Source of the DNA: Burkholderiales bacterium
GTDB taxonomy: Bacteria; Pseudomonadota; Gammaproteobacteria; Burkholderiales; SHXO01
Direction of reading: 5' to 3'
DNA length: 64,000 nt
Assembly: GCA_035499005.1 (NCBI GenBank)
Contig: DATJZQ010000009.1
Location: 5,792 to 69,791 of the forward strand
The notes beneath the pieces were generated by a model. The model searched no databases. It was not told the DNA's origin and saw nothing but the letters and a program-made list of their open reading frames with translations. Both the position numbers and the translations under genes were made by a program. Of this stretch, positions 43,926 through 54,142 are shown in pieces (position 1 is the first letter of the stretch; each line of letters starts with the position of its first letter).

Positions 43926-45652
43926 ACCTCCTCTCGCACCTCCGGCAGCGCTTCGATGGGAACAACGTCGACCATGGGAGCGTCGGGCGGTATGGACAAG
44001 ATGCTCAACGCCTCTGACATGACGCGGCTGAACACCGGTGCAGCGACGACGCCGCCAAAGTACTCGCCAGCGCTCGGCTCATCGACCATGACGGCAACCA
44101 GCAAGCGAGGATTGGAGGCGGGCGCCATCCCGACGAAGGAAGATACGTAGCGGTCTGCGGCATATCCGCGACCGTCCAATTTGTGAGCGGTGCCAGTCTT
44201 GCCAGCCACCCGGTAGCCCGGAATGCGCGCGCGCGGAGCTGTGCCGCCGGCCTGAACGACCAGTTCGAGCATGCTGCGAACCGCGAGCGCCGTGCCTCGC
44301 GAGATCACGCGCTTGCTCTCGGGCCTCTGATCCTGCCGAACGAGCGACACCGCCTGGAGCTGCCCGTCGGTCGCGAAGACGGTGTAGGCGCGCGCCAGCT
44401 GCAGCAGGCTCACGGAGATGCCGTGACCGTAGGACAGTGTCGCCTGCTCGATCGGCCGCCACTGCTGAAAGGGGCGCAAATGGCCAGAAGCCTGACCGGG
44501 AAACCTCAGCTCTGGCGTCACGCCGAAGCCGGCTCCCGAAAGAATCCGCCATAGGGACTCGCGCGGCAGCGCGAGTGCCAGTTTGGCTGCACCGACGTTA
44601 GACGACTTCTGAATCACCTGCGCGACGCTCAGCTCGGACTCGGGATGAGCGTCGTGGATGGTCGCGTCTCCCACCGTCAAGTAACCGGGCGCGGTCTGCA
44701 GCACGGTGTTGGGCCTGATCACTCCGGCCTCCAAAGCGGCAGCCACAGTGAACGGTTTGAGCGTCGAGCCAGGTTCGAAGGTGTCGGTGATGGCACGGTT
44801 GCGTGCCTGGCGCGCGTCCAGCGTGGCGCGGTTGTTCGGATTGAAGGCAGGCAGGTTCACCAGGGCGAGCACTTCGCCTGTCGCGAGATCGAGCGCCACG
44901 AGTCCGCCGGCCTTAGCACGATGCTGCGCCAGTGCGCTCTTCAGCTCACGGTATGCCAGGTACTGCAGCTTGCGGTCGATGGACAATGCCAAGTCACGCC
45001 CCTCGACCGGCACCCGCAGGTGCTCGACGTCTTCTACCACTCGGCCGAGTCTGTCCTTGATTACTCGGCGGCTCCCGGGTCTGCCCGCGAGCAACTCTTG
45101 GTATTCGAGCTCGATGCCCTCTTGGCCCCGGTCATCCACATCCGTGATCCCAATCAGCTGGGCGGTTATCTCACCGGCCGGGTAGTAGCGGCGATATTCG
45201 CGCCGCAGTGAGATTCCAGGCAGTCCGAGCTGCACGACTTTGGCCGCCAACTCCGGGGCAAGCTGGCGCCTGAGGTAAACGAACTCCCGGCCGGACTCCG
45301 TCAGCTTCCGGGCAAGCTCGAGCTCGTCGAGGCCGAGCAGGTTAGCGAGCTGGCGGCGCTGTGGCGAGGTGATCTGCACATCTGCCGGCGTGGCCCACAC
45401 GGATTCGACCGGCGTGCTGATCGCAAGCGGGTCGCCGAGGCGGTCGGTGATCATGCCGCGATGAGCAGGCAGCTCAATGATGCGAGTGAATCGCGAGGCG
45501 CCCTCCTGCTGGAGGAAATCGTTTTGCCACACTTGGAGATACATCGCACGCGCGGTGAGCGCGCCAAAGCAGAGCAGAAGCAACCCAACGACAACCCGAG
45601 CTCGGCCGAGGGGCAAGCGGAGCTGGAGCGCCGGATTGCGCGGGGCCTTCAA
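43922..45652 (-). CDS. ftsI: Peptidoglycan D,D-transpeptidase FtsI (PBP3)
   Basis: N-terminal TM segment, a PBP dimerisation domain, and transpeptidase motifs (STLKPF, SSN, KTGTA). Confidence 0.95.
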   Translation of the reverse strand: MKAPRNPALQLRLPLGRARVVVGLLLLCFGALTARAMYLQVWQNDFLQQEGASRFTRIIELPAHRGMITDRLGDPLAISTPVESVWATPADVQITSPQRRQLANLLGLDELELARKLTESGREFVYLRRQLAPELAAKVVQLGLPGISLRREYRRYYPAGEITAQLIGITDVDDRGQEGIELEYQELLAGRPGSRRVIKDRLGRVVEDVEHLRVPVEGRDLALSIDRKLQYLAYRELKSALAQHRAKAGGLVALDLATGEVLALVNLPAFNPNNRATLDARQARNRAITDTFEPGSTLKPFTVAAALEAGVIRPNTVLQTAPGYLTVGDATIHDAHPESELSVAQVIQKSSNVGAAKLALALPRESLWRILSGAGFGVTPELRFPGQASGHLRPFQQWRPIEQATLSYGHGISVSLLQLARAYTVFATDGQLQAVSLVRQDQRPESKRVISRGTALAVRSMLELVVQAGGTAPRARIPGYRVAGKTGTAHKLDGRGYAADRYVSSFVGMAPASNPRLLVAVMVDEPSAGEYFGGVVAAPVFSRVMSEALSILSIPPDAPMVDVVPIEALPEVREEV

Positions 45653-45999
45653 CGCTCCCCTCCTGGACGCTGGGCATCAGAGCCGCTCGCTCGCGTCTGT
45701 CTCGCTGCATCGGTCTGCTGCCCGTCGCCACCGGCAGGACCGACAGACAACAAACGCAGGCGCGCCCCGGACGGCACGCGCATCTGCAGCCGACCGCTAG
45801 CGATCTTCTCGATGCGCGCGTGCATGGCCCACGTGCTCTGCTCGAGCTGCAACTGACCCCATTCGACGTCGAGCTGCTTCGTCACCTCCTCCTCCTGGGT
45901 GAGCTCTGAGAAGAGCTTGCGGGCCCTGTGCTGTGAGGTGACCAGCGCGAGGGCGCAGAGCAGGAGGGTCGCGCAGAGCGCGATGTTGAGCTTCATCAT
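45649..45999 (-). CDS. ftsL: Cell division protein FtsL
   Basis: [55 protein letters not shown] (TM segment plus coiled coil). Four-nt overlaps with both neighbours. Confidence 0.88.
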   Translation of the reverse strand: MMKLNIALCATLLLCALALVTSQHRARKLFSELTQEEEVTKQLDVEWGQLQLEQSTWAMHARIEKIASGRLQMRVPSGARLRLLSVGPAGGDGQQTDAARQTRASGSDAQRPGGER

Positions 46000-47000
46000 T
46001 TGGGCCGGCGTTCCAGGGCTGGTCGATCAGACAGCCTCTCGGCAATCCTCAAGATCGCGCTGCGCGCTCTCGGGTTCGCCGCGCGCTCCCCGGAACCCGG
46101 GCGCACGGGTTTACCGACGAGACGGAGCATGGGTGGGATGCGCTGGTCTTCCCGCACCGCCAGCCCACGTGGCACAGGTGCGGGCCGTGAGTTGTCGCGC
46201 ATGAAGCGTTTCACGATACGGTCCTCGAGGGAATGGAAGCTGATCACAACCAAGCGGCCACCCTCGCGCAGCAGCTCGAGCGCCTGCGGCAGCGTTAGCG
46301 ATAGTTCCTCAAGCTCTTGATTGATGAAAATCCGTATAGCCTGGAATGTCCGCGTCGCCGGGTCTTGGCCTGGCTCGCGCGTGCGAACGACGTCTTCCAC
46401 GATCTGGGCAAGCTGTCGGGTGGAGTCGATAGCTCGCCTCGATCGAGCCGCAACAATCGCTCTTGCAATCTGCCGAGCAAACCGTTCTTCGCCATAGGTT
46501 CTGATCACCTCCCCGATGTGGTTCTCCGGTGCCGTTGCAAGCCATTCAGCGGCCGTAACGCCGCGGCTCGTGTCCATCCGCATGTCAAGCGGGCCGTCCA
46601 ATCTGAAGCTGAAGCCACGCTTCCCATCCGCGAGCTGCGGTGAGGATGTACCCAAGTCCATCAAACAACCGTCCACACGTTCGATTCCCTGCTCCGCCAA
46701 TACATCGCGCATTCGCCGAAAGCTCTCGTGCAGCGGTGTAAAGCGAGCGTCGTCGATATCCCGCGCCGATTCCAGCGCAGCCGGGTCACGATCGAACGCG
46801 ACCAGCCGCCCGCCGCCTCCCAGGCGACGCAGGATTTCGCGGCTATGACCGCCCCTGCCGAACGTGCAGTCGACGTAGATCCCGTCTCCTTTGACCGCCA
46901 GCGCGTCTACGGCTTCCCGTAGCAGCACCGGCAAGTGCACCTGAGTCTGGTCGGTCTTCGTAACCTCGAACTCCCGTTCGAGCATCGCTTGCGCGAGCAT
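45996..47000 (-). CDS. rsmH: 16S rRNA (cytosine1402-N4)-methyltransferase RsmH (MraW)
   Basis: [46 protein letters not shown]. Confidence 0.96.
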   Translation of the reverse strand: MLAQAMLEREFEVTKTDQTQVHLPVLLREAVDALAVKGDGIYVDCTFGRGGHSREILRRLGGGGRLVAFDRDPAALESARDIDDARFTPLHESFRRMRDVLAEQGIERVDGCLMDLGTSSPQLADGKRGFSFRLDGPLDMRMDTSRGVTAAEWLATAPENHIGEVIRTYGEERFARQIARAIVAARSRRAIDSTRQLAQIVEDVVRTREPGQDPATRTFQAIRIFINQELEELSLTLPQALELLREGGRLVVISFHSLEDRIVKRFMRDNSRPAPVPRGLAVREDQRIPPMLRLVGKPVRPGSGERAANPRARSAILRIAERLSDRPALERRPK

Positions 47001-47049
47001 GACTCAAAGATCAGGGGCTAAGACGAGATGGGCTCGAGCGGGGCATGGC

Positions 47050-47496
47050 TCAGAGTGAAAAGCCGTCGAGCTCGGGCGGCACATCGTCCTGGCTGAGAAC
47101 GCTCGATTTCTCCATTTGCGCCCCCCACTTCGCCTCGTCCCATAGTTCGAAGCGCACACCCTGGCCGATCAACGCCACATCCTTCTCGAGGCCGGCAAAT
47201 CTGCGCAGCGGACCCGGAATCAGAATGCGACCCGCGCCGTCAACATCGACGTCCGACGCATTGCCTACAAGAAGACGCTGCAGGTCGCGCGTGCGTTGAC
47301 TGAAGCTCGACAGGCCCATGAGCTTCTGTTGAATGGGTTCCCAGTCGGGCGCCGGGTAGAGCAGGAGACAAGATGTGGAGTCGGCAGTGATGACCAGCTT
47401 CCCGCCCGCGCGAAGCTGGAGCACCTCACGGAACTTCGCTGGCACCGCGAGCCGGCCCTTACTATCCAGTGTCAGCGAGGTGACGCCTCGGAACAC
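47050..47496 (-). CDS. mraZ: Transcriptional regulator MraZ
   Basis: MFRGVTSLTLDSKGRLAVPAKFRE... and the second SpoVT/AbrB-like repeat DVDGAGRILIPGPLRRFAGL. Confidence 0.96.
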   Translation of the reverse strand: MFRGVTSLTLDSKGRLAVPAKFREVLQLRAGGKLVITADSTSCLLLYPAPDWEPIQQKLMGLSSFSQRTRDLQRLLVGNASDVDVDGAGRILIPGPLRRFAGLEKDVALIGQGVRFELWDEAKWGAQMEKSSVLSQDDVPPELDGFSL

Positions 47497-47521
47497 ATAG
47501 CCCCCTGATTATCGGGGATCT

Positions 47522-47546
47522 CCCACAATCCCCCACTTTTTCCCAC
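47522..47546 (-). promoter_or_regulatory. Probable MraZ operator: three direct GTGGG repeats with 10-bp periodicity
   Basis: The minus strand reads GTGGGAaaaaGTGGGGgattGTGGGAg (CCCAC on plus at 47522-26, 47532-36 and 47542-46), 26-50 nt upstream of the mraZ ATG. Confidence 0.7.
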
Positions 47547-47555
47547 TTCAGAGGC

Positions 47556-47585
47556 ACTATAAGTTAAAAGATTGGGCTGGGTCAA
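47556..47585 (-). promoter_or_regulatory. Candidate sigma70 promoter of the dcw cluster (Pmra)
   Basis: The minus strand has TTGACC (47580-85), an 18-nt spacer and TATAGT (47556-61), immediately upstream of the GTGGG repeats. Confidence 0.6.
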
Positions 47586-47776
47586 GCTGAAATTACTGGA
47601 TTTTGCATTCCGGACAATGACTTACCATGCAGACCAGAGAAAGTCTGGAGGTGACCTGCAGAGATTCAATGAAAATAGGACGATACGAGGACTACTGAAT
47701 GTGACTTCGAGCATTAACAGGCACGCGTCTGTCGGAAGAGGACGACACTTCGGTACCTATCTGATCTGCTGCGCGA

Positions 47777-48149
47777 GGAGTGAAGCTGACCTATAAGCCG
47801 GGTTCTGTCCAGGGGACGGACCCCTTGGGCAATCATTCCTCTGGGCCGCCGGTTACCCGACGGCTCAAGCGGCCTACCCGGAAGCAGCGCGAGCCGCGCT
47901 ATCGCTTCCCTATTTGGCCTTGCTCCGGATGGGGTTTGGCGTGCCGTCCCTGTTGCCAGGTCCGCGGTGGGCTCTTACCCCACCGTTTCACCATCGCCGG
48001 TCCCGCGAGCGGGACGTAGGCAGGCTTCTCTCTGTTCCACTTTCCGTCGCCTCGCGGCGCCCGGCCGTTAGCCGGCATCCTGCTCTGCGGAGCCCGGACT
48101 TTCCTCTGTGTGGCACACGGCCCACAGCGACTGCCCAGCCAGCTTCACT
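47777..48149 (-). ncRNA. rnpB: RNase P RNA, bacterial type A
   Basis: The minus strand reads GAAGCTGGCTGGGCAGTCGC...GAGGAAAGTCCGGGCTCC...GGTAAGAGCCCACC...CCGGAGCAAGGCCAAATAGGG...GGGTAGGCCGCTTGAGCC...ACAGAACCCGGCTTATAGGTCAGCTTCAC. This matches the universally conserved M1 RNA blocks and the P1 pairing. Ends are accurate to about +/-5 nt. Confidence 0.9.
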
Positions 48150-48195
48150 TCGTCATGATAGCGGAAGTGACCTGTCGGCTTGCGTGCATCGCGCC

Positions 48196-49227
48196 TCAAG
48201 CGAGCGACCAACGCACACGCTCACCGGCGCGCAGCGGGACCACCGTGCTTGTGCCGTAGGGCAGCTCGTCGGGCACAGTCCATTCGCGCCGCACCAACGT
48301 GAGCTGCTCGCTATTTCTCGGCAGTCCGTAGAAGTCGGCGCCGTGAAGGCTCGCAAACCCCTCCAGCCGTCCGAGAGCCCCCGCCGCTTCGAACGCTTCT
48401 GCGTACAGCTCGATCGCGGCGTGCGCCGTGTATACCCCGGCGCATCCGCACTGCGCTTCTTTGGCGGTACGGGCATGCGGCGCACTGTCGGTGCCGAGGA
48501 AGAATTTGGGCTCGCCCGAAGCGATAGCCCGAAGCAACGCTTGGCGATGCTCCTCATGCTTGAGCAAGGGCAAACAGTAGTGGTGCGGACGTAATCCACC
48601 CTGAAACAGTGCGTTGCGATTGAGCAGCAAATGATGCGCGGTGATCGTGGCGGCAACGTTGGGGGGAGCAGCCAGCACGAACTGGACCGCGTCCGCGGTG
48701 CTGATGTGTTCCAGCACGATCTTGAGGCTGGGCAGGCTCTGTACGAGGGGGCCGAGAGTGTGTTCGATGAACGCTTTCTCGCGATCGAACACGTCGACGT
48801 GCGTATCAGTCACTTCTCCATGCACCAGCAGCGGCAAGCCGGTTTCGGCCATGGCCTCCAACGACTTGAAACACCGGCGCAGATCGGTGACCCCTGACTC
48901 GGAGTGTGTGGTCGCGCCCGCCGGGTAGTACTTGATGGCGTACACGGCACCGCTGGCGCGCGCGGAGCGCACTTGATCCGGGGTCGTTTCCTCTGTCAGG
49001 TACAGGGTCATCAGCGGCTCGAAACGGGCGCCCCGGGGCAACGCCGCCCGGATGCGCTCGCGATATGCGAGCGCGGATTGCGTCGACGCGATGGGTGGCT
49101 GCAGATTGGGCATGATGATGGCACGCGCGAAACGTCTCACGCTGTGCGGCAGCACCGCACGCAAGGCCTCTCCGTCACGCACGTGCAGGTGCCAGTCGTC
49201 CGGTTTTATTATGGTCAGCTGATTCAT
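48196..49227 (-). CDS. pyrC: Dihydroorotase (homodimeric PyrC type)
   Basis: [40 protein letters not shown]. Confidence 0.95.
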   Translation of the reverse strand: MNQLTIIKPDDWHLHVRDGEALRAVLPHSVRRFARAIIMPNLQPPIASTQSALAYRERIRAALPRGARFEPLMTLYLTEETTPDQVRSARASGAVYAIKYYPAGATTHSESGVTDLRRCFKSLEAMAETGLPLLVHGEVTDTHVDVFDREKAFIEHTLGPLVQSLPSLKIVLEHISTADAVQFVLAAPPNVAATITAHHLLLNRNALFQGGLRPHHYCLPLLKHEEHRQALLRAIASGEPKFFLGTDSAPHARTAKEAQCGCAGVYTAHAAIELYAEAFEAAGALGRLEGFASLHGADFYGLPRNSEQLTLVRREWTVPDELPYGTSTVVPLRAGERVRWSLA

Positions 49228-49275
49228 GTCCTGCTCGAGGCTCGAATCACGGTCGCAGCATGCGCGTTGACTGGT

Positions 49276-50181
49276 TCATTCTGTCTTTCCTTGCGTTGCG
49301 CCTGGGTGCGCCGTTCGATCGGCGCGCGCCTTCAGTTCCAGGGCGCGCTTGTACATCGCTTTTCTGTGCGCGCCGGTGATCGCCGCAGCCAGGCCTACGG
49401 CCTGCTTGAGCGGCAGCTCACCCAGCAGGACCTCCAGTGCTCGCTGCGACGCCTCTAGCGCATCGACGCGTCCACCGCTCGCACGTTCAACGACGAGTAC
49501 GAATTCACCGCGCGTCCTGTTCGGATCTGCCTCGAGCCAGGCGCGCGCCTCACCCAGCCTACAACGATGGAAGGTCTCGAACAGCTTGCTGATCTCGCGC
49601 GCGATCACGACGACTCGCTCCGGCCCCAGGCAACGTTCCATATCGTCGACAGCCGACGACAAACGGTGCGGCGCTTCGTAGAACACCAGGGTGTATGGCA
49701 ACTGAGAGAGGGCTCTCAGCTCCTCGCGGCGATGCACCGCCTTGGCGGACAGATAGCCGCAAAACAGAAATTGCTGAGCGCTAACCCCGGCGACGGAGAG
49801 CGCTGCGGTCACCGCGCTCGGCCCAGGAATCGGGATTACGCGCCGGTCGGCCGCGCGCACGCGCGAGACCAGCAGCGCTCCCGGATCGCTGATCCCCGGC
49901 GTCCCGGCGTCGGTCACGTATGCGACAGAGTTGCCGTCCCCGATCAATGCGATGAGTTCCTGCGCGGCGCGCCCTTCGTTATGCTCGTGCAAGGCGATCA
50001 GCCGGGCGGAAATCTGATAGTGGGACAACAGCTGCCGCGTACGGCGCGTGTCTTCAGCCGCCACCGCTGCGACCGAAGCAAGTACGTCGAGCGCGCGCAA
50101 AGTGATGTCACGCAAGTTACCCAGCGGCGTCGCCACGACATATAATGCCGCCTCCGCCCGCGTTCTGACGTCGCTATGCAA
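49276..50181 (-). CDS. rsmI: 16S rRNA (cytidine1402-2'-O)-methyltransferase RsmI
   Basis: LYVVATPLGNLRDITLRALDVL, VAYVTDAGTPGISDPG (tetrapyrrole-methylase fold). The TTG start given by the track is uncertain. Confidence 0.9.
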   Translation of the reverse strand: MHSDVRTRAEAALYVVATPLGNLRDITLRALDVLASVAAVAAEDTRRTRQLLSHYQISARLIALHEHNEGRAAQELIALIGDGNSVAYVTDAGTPGISDPGALLVSRVRAADRRVIPIPGPSAVTAALSVAGVSAQQFLFCGYLSAKAVHRREELRALSQLPYTLVFYEAPHRLSSAVDDMERCLGPERVVVIAREISKLFETFHRCRLGEARAWLEADPNRTRGEFVLVVERASGGRVDALEASQRALEVLLGELPLKQAVGLAAAITGAHRKAMYKRALELKARADRTAHPGATQGKTE

Positions 50182-51297
50182 CGTGCACCGGTCTCGTCTC
50201 TGCTGCTGTCACCGCTACTATACTTCGCGCTCTGCGCATTGGCCAATCAGGCGCTCGCGCAGCAGCAGGATTCGAGGACCACTGAGCAACTGTCTCGGCC
50301 ACACATCGCGGTTCTGCTGCCACTCAAGTCTGCAGCCATCGGCCGGCAGGCGGAAGCGCTTCGCCTCGGGATACTCGAAGCGGCGAAGGTGCATCGTGGC
50401 ACTACTCTGCCGCTGGTGGTAAGGGGCACTGGTGACGATCCGTTCGACGTCGTGCAGGATTATGAGAGCGCGGTGCGCGCTGGCGCTCAGCTCGTCATCG
50501 GCCCGCTCACGCGCAGCGCAGTCACCGCGCTCGCCGGCACCACGCTGGTCATCGTACCGACCCTCGCGCTCAACGCCCCGGAGGACGAGTCAGTCATACC
50601 GCCCAAGCTCTACGTGTTTGGGTTGCAAATCGAGAACGAGGCGCGGCAGGTGGCGCAGCTCGCTCGCGACCGGGGTCGGCGCAATGCTATCGTGGTCAGC
50701 AGCGAGGCCCCCCTTTCGCATCGGCTCGCGCAGGCCTTCGAAGATGAGTTCGCCCGGCGTGGCGGCACCATACAGGATCAGTTCCAGTACTCGAGCGCAC
50801 CCGGTCTGGTCAAGCTGCGTGAAACGATCGCCACCGGTGTAAGCGACGTGATCTTCCTCGCGCTGGACGCCGAGCGTGCCAAACTGGTGCGTTCTTATCT
50901 GGGCACCGCGTTGCCGATCTACGCCACTTCCTTGGTGCACACCAGCATGGAGCCGTTGGCTAACTTCGAGCTGAACGGAATTTACTTTGTCGATATGCCC
51001 TGGTTGCTCTCACCCGACCATCCAGCTGTGCTGTCATACATTCGCCAGGACCAGCTCGGCCTCGAGTTCCAGCGTTTCTATGCGTTGGGCATCGATGCCT
51101 ATCGTATTGCGCAGGAGCTGCTCATGCCTGCCTCGAACCAGGCTCCGCTCGATGGTGTTACCGGCTACATCACACTGGAAAAGGATCACCGCTATGTTCG
51201 TGAGGTCATCCCGGCACAGTTCAGCCAGGGCGAGACGCATGTCCTGAGCCGTCCGTTGTCTTGGCTGCTTCCGATGGTCGAGGTTCGCTTTAGATAG
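50176..51297 (+). CDS. lpoA: Penicillin-binding protein activator LpoA-like (YraM/LppC family)
   Basis: Signal peptide followed by a periplasmic-binding-protein-like fold. Conserved rsmI / lpoA-yraN-diaA-BON neighbourhood. Confidence 0.8.
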   Translation: MQRAPVSSLLLSPLLYFALCALANQALAQQQDSRTTEQLSRPHIAVLLPLKSAAIGRQAEALRLGILEAAKVHRGTTLPLVVRGTGDDPFDVVQDYESAVRAGAQLVIGPLTRSAVTALAGTTLVIVPTLALNAPEDESVIPPKLYVFGLQIENEARQVAQLARDRGRRNAIVVSSEAPLSHRLAQAFEDEFARRGGTIQDQFQYSSAPGLVKLRETIATGVSDVIFLALDAERAKLVRSYLGTALPIYATSLVHTSMEPLANFELNGIYFVDMPWLLSPDHPAVLSYIRQDQLGLEFQRFYALGIDAYRIAQELLMPASNQAPLDGVTGYITLEKDHRYVREVIPAQFSQGETHVLSRPLSWLLPMVEVRFR

Positions 51298-51302
51298 GCG
51301 CA

Positions 51303-51641
51303 ATGAATCGTCGCGGCGTCCAGTCCGAAGACGAAGCGCTGCGGTTCCTGCGCCGCCAGGGACTCATGCTTGAGGAACGCAACTACACCTGCCGGCTGGG
51401 CGAGATCGATCTCATCATGCACGATGGCACAACGCTCGTGTTCGTGGAAGTACGCATGCGTCGCAACCGTTCATTCGGTGCCGCCGCGGAAAGCATCACC
51501 CCACGCAAACGCGCGCGCCTGCTCGCAGCGGCTCGCCATTTTCTAGCTGGGCGCCGTACCATGCCCGCATGCCGGTTCGACGCCGTTTTAATCGACAACG
51601 ACGGCGCTCCCGAATGGATCAAAGATGCGTTTGGAGAATAA
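51303..51641 (+). CDS. yraN: YraN-family (UPF0102) endonuclease-like protein
   Basis: GEIDLIMHDGTTLVFVEVRMRRN...AAESITPRKRARL. Confidence 0.88.
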   Translation: MNRRGVQSEDEALRFLRRQGLMLEERNYTCRLGEIDLIMHDGTTLVFVEVRMRRNRSFGAAAESITPRKRARLLAAARHFLAGRRTMPACRFDAVLIDNDGAPEWIKDAFGE

Positions 51642-51702
51642 AGGTTGTCGTCGACAAACGACTCGGCATGCCGCAGGCATGTGTGATAGCTTGCGCGCCT
51701 GA

Positions 51703-52314
<612 letters not shown>

Positions 52315-52317
52315 GAC

Positions 52318-52890
52318 ATGGAGAAACGACAACTGATGTTGCTGTTCCTGGCAATGCTGGTGCCTGCACTACATGGATGCGTTCCTGCGGTCGTCGCGGC
52401 CGGCGGCGCAGCTGTCGTGATGGTGGACGATAGACGCAGCACGGGCACCTACGTCGAGGACAAGACCATCGGCTCCAAAGTGAGCAGTCGGATCAACGAG
52501 AAATACAGCGACGAGGTTCATGTAGACGTCATCCCCTTCAATCGCTTCGTGCTGCTCGTGGGAGAAGCCCCGACACAGCAGATCAAGGACGACATCGGTG
52601 TCATCGCGTTGGGTGTGGAGAACGTGCGCAACGTGCAGAACGATATTTCCGTCGGTCCGGTCACTTCGACCGCAACGCGCGCCAATGATGCCTACTTGAC
52701 CAGTAAAGTGAATGCGAACTTTGCCACGGCAAGCAAGTTCGATCCCGTTCACGTCAAAGTGGTGACCGAAGACAGCGTGGTGTATTTGATGGGCCTAGTG
52801 ACGCACAAGGAAGGACAGGACGCTGCCGAGATCGCCAGCACCACTGGCGGCGTAAAAAAAGTGGTGAAAGTCTTCGAGTACATGGATTGA
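52318..52890 (+). CDS. BON-domain lipoprotein (YraP/DolP-like)
   Basis: Lipobox ALHGC followed by two BON domains (VDVIPFNRFVLLVGEAPT and VKVVTEDSVVYLMGLVT). Confidence 0.88.
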   Translation: MEKRQLMLLFLAMLVPALHGCVPAVVAAGGAAVVMVDDRRSTGTYVEDKTIGSKVSSRINEKYSDEVHVDVIPFNRFVLLVGEAPTQQIKDDIGVIALGVENVRNVQNDISVGPVTSTATRANDAYLTSKVNANFATASKFDPVHVKVVTEDSVVYLMGLVTHKEGQDAAEIASTTGGVKKVVKVFEYMD

Positions 52891-53041
52891 CTGAGCGAAC
52901 GTCGCTGCGCACGAGGGAGACTTTGCCAGCCCTTCGCTGCGCCGTGCGCGACACACCATGCGCCGCTTTCGCGGTGTTTACCGTTCGGTGCGCGCACCAA
53001 AGAGTCGCGCGAGCCACCGCGGCCCACAATTCAAGACTCTC

Positions 53042-53362
53042 TTAGTTTGCGTGCGTGCGCAGGCCGGACCAGGGCATAAGCGAGAACTTGCCCTTGTCCT
53101 CGATGACCTGAGTGTGAAAGGAGAGGTATTCGTCGATACCGCCAGCAGGATTACCGTCGGTACGCTCGGAGGCGTTCTGTGCTGCTTGCCCACCCCGTCC
53201 TCCATCTCGTGCGGCCTTTGACACCCCGGTGACACCCTCCTGGCATTGCGGATACTGTGCCACAGTCGCGGGCTTAGCTTGCTGGATTGGGCCTGCAACT
53301 GCTGCGAACATAACCAGGAAGAAACTCCCGCCCACCAACACTTGCGAGATCTTCCTCATCAT
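53042..53362 (-). CDS. Hypothetical small exported protein (106 aa)
   Basis: MMRKISQVLVGGSFFLVMFAAVAG is signal-peptide-like. Good SD (AAGAGGG) upstream of the ATG. I recognise no family. Third-position G+C is visibly lower than in neighbouring genes. Confidence 0.55.
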   Translation of the reverse strand: MMRKISQVLVGGSFFLVMFAAVAGPIQQAKPATVAQYPQCQEGVTGVSKAARDGGRGGQAAQNASERTDGNPAGGIDEYLSFHTQVIEDKGKFSLMPWSGLRTHAN

Positions 53363-53511
53363 TTCAACCCTCTTCGGTTGCGACACGAAGTTGAGAGTAG
53401 CCACTCGAAGCGCTACTGTCAAACTGACAGACCGCTGCTGGCCTTACAGCGGAGCGCGCGACACAGGAGGTTAGTCCCGCTACCTGACGTGGGCCTGATC
53501 GTGCCTGTATC

Positions 53512-54030
53512 ATGGCTTTTTTCATGACTGACGCCGTGGCCACGTCGCCTCCAGCCGTCGACTTTGAGCGCAAGATCTGCGCTCCCGCGATGTTGCCTTC
53601 CCGTCTGAGCACGCTCGCGCGTCCCCTGGTATTCACCAACGGCTGTTTCGACATCCTGCACCGCGGCCATGTGACCTACCTTTGCCAAGCGCGCGCGTTC
53701 GGCGCAACTCTACTGGTGGCGCTCAACAGCGACGCATCCGTGCGTCGTCAAGGCAAGGGGGATGACAGGCCCATCAATTCACTCGCAGATCGCGTCGCAG
53801 TTGTGGCAGCGCTCTCCTCGGTCGACATCGTGACCTGGTTCGACGAAGACACACCGCTCGAGCTGATCCGGATGCTGCGACCCGATGTGCTGGTCAAAGG
53901 TGGAGATTGGCTCGTGGATCAAATTGTTGGAGCTCGCGACGTTCAGTCCTGGCACGGCAGCGTTTATTCGATCCCTGTCCTGCACCCCGCTTCCACAACT
54001 GCCCTATTGCACAGAATCCGCAGCCACTGA
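53512..54030 (+). CDS. D-glycero-beta-D-manno-heptose 1-phosphate adenylyltransferase (stand-alone RfaE domain II / HldC)
   Basis: Cytidylyltransferase motif FTNGCFDILHRGHVTYL, then NSDASVRR..KG..RPIN and VLVKGGDW. Confidence 0.88.
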   Translation: MAFFMTDAVATSPPAVDFERKICAPAMLPSRLSTLARPLVFTNGCFDILHRGHVTYLCQARAFGATLLVALNSDASVRRQGKGDDRPINSLADRVAVVAALSSVDIVTWFDEDTPLELIRMLRPDVLVKGGDWLVDQIVGARDVQSWHGSVYSIPVLHPASTTALLHRIRSH

Positions 54031-54142
54031 GGTACACCCCTCGCACGACTAAAGTCGCTGCACGCGCAGCCGATTACATCCCGTCCGGCGCGCTCATGGT
54101 GGATTGCGCCTCTCTGAGTAAACCTGGTGGCTTCTGGCCACA

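Noticed and set aside
47572-47796. 74-aa ORF in the AT-rich spacer between rnpB and the mraZ promoter
   Set aside because: It is on the opposite strand to all flanking transcription, has no SD, its 3' end runs into the rnpB 3' end, and its composition looks random. It was probably called only because AT-rich DNA lacks stops in one frame by chance.
47780-48594. Plus-strand ORFs 47780-48019 and 47914-48594
   Set aside because: They cover the RNase P RNA gene and the 3' end of pyrC. The conserved rnpB blocks on the minus strand explain this sequence.
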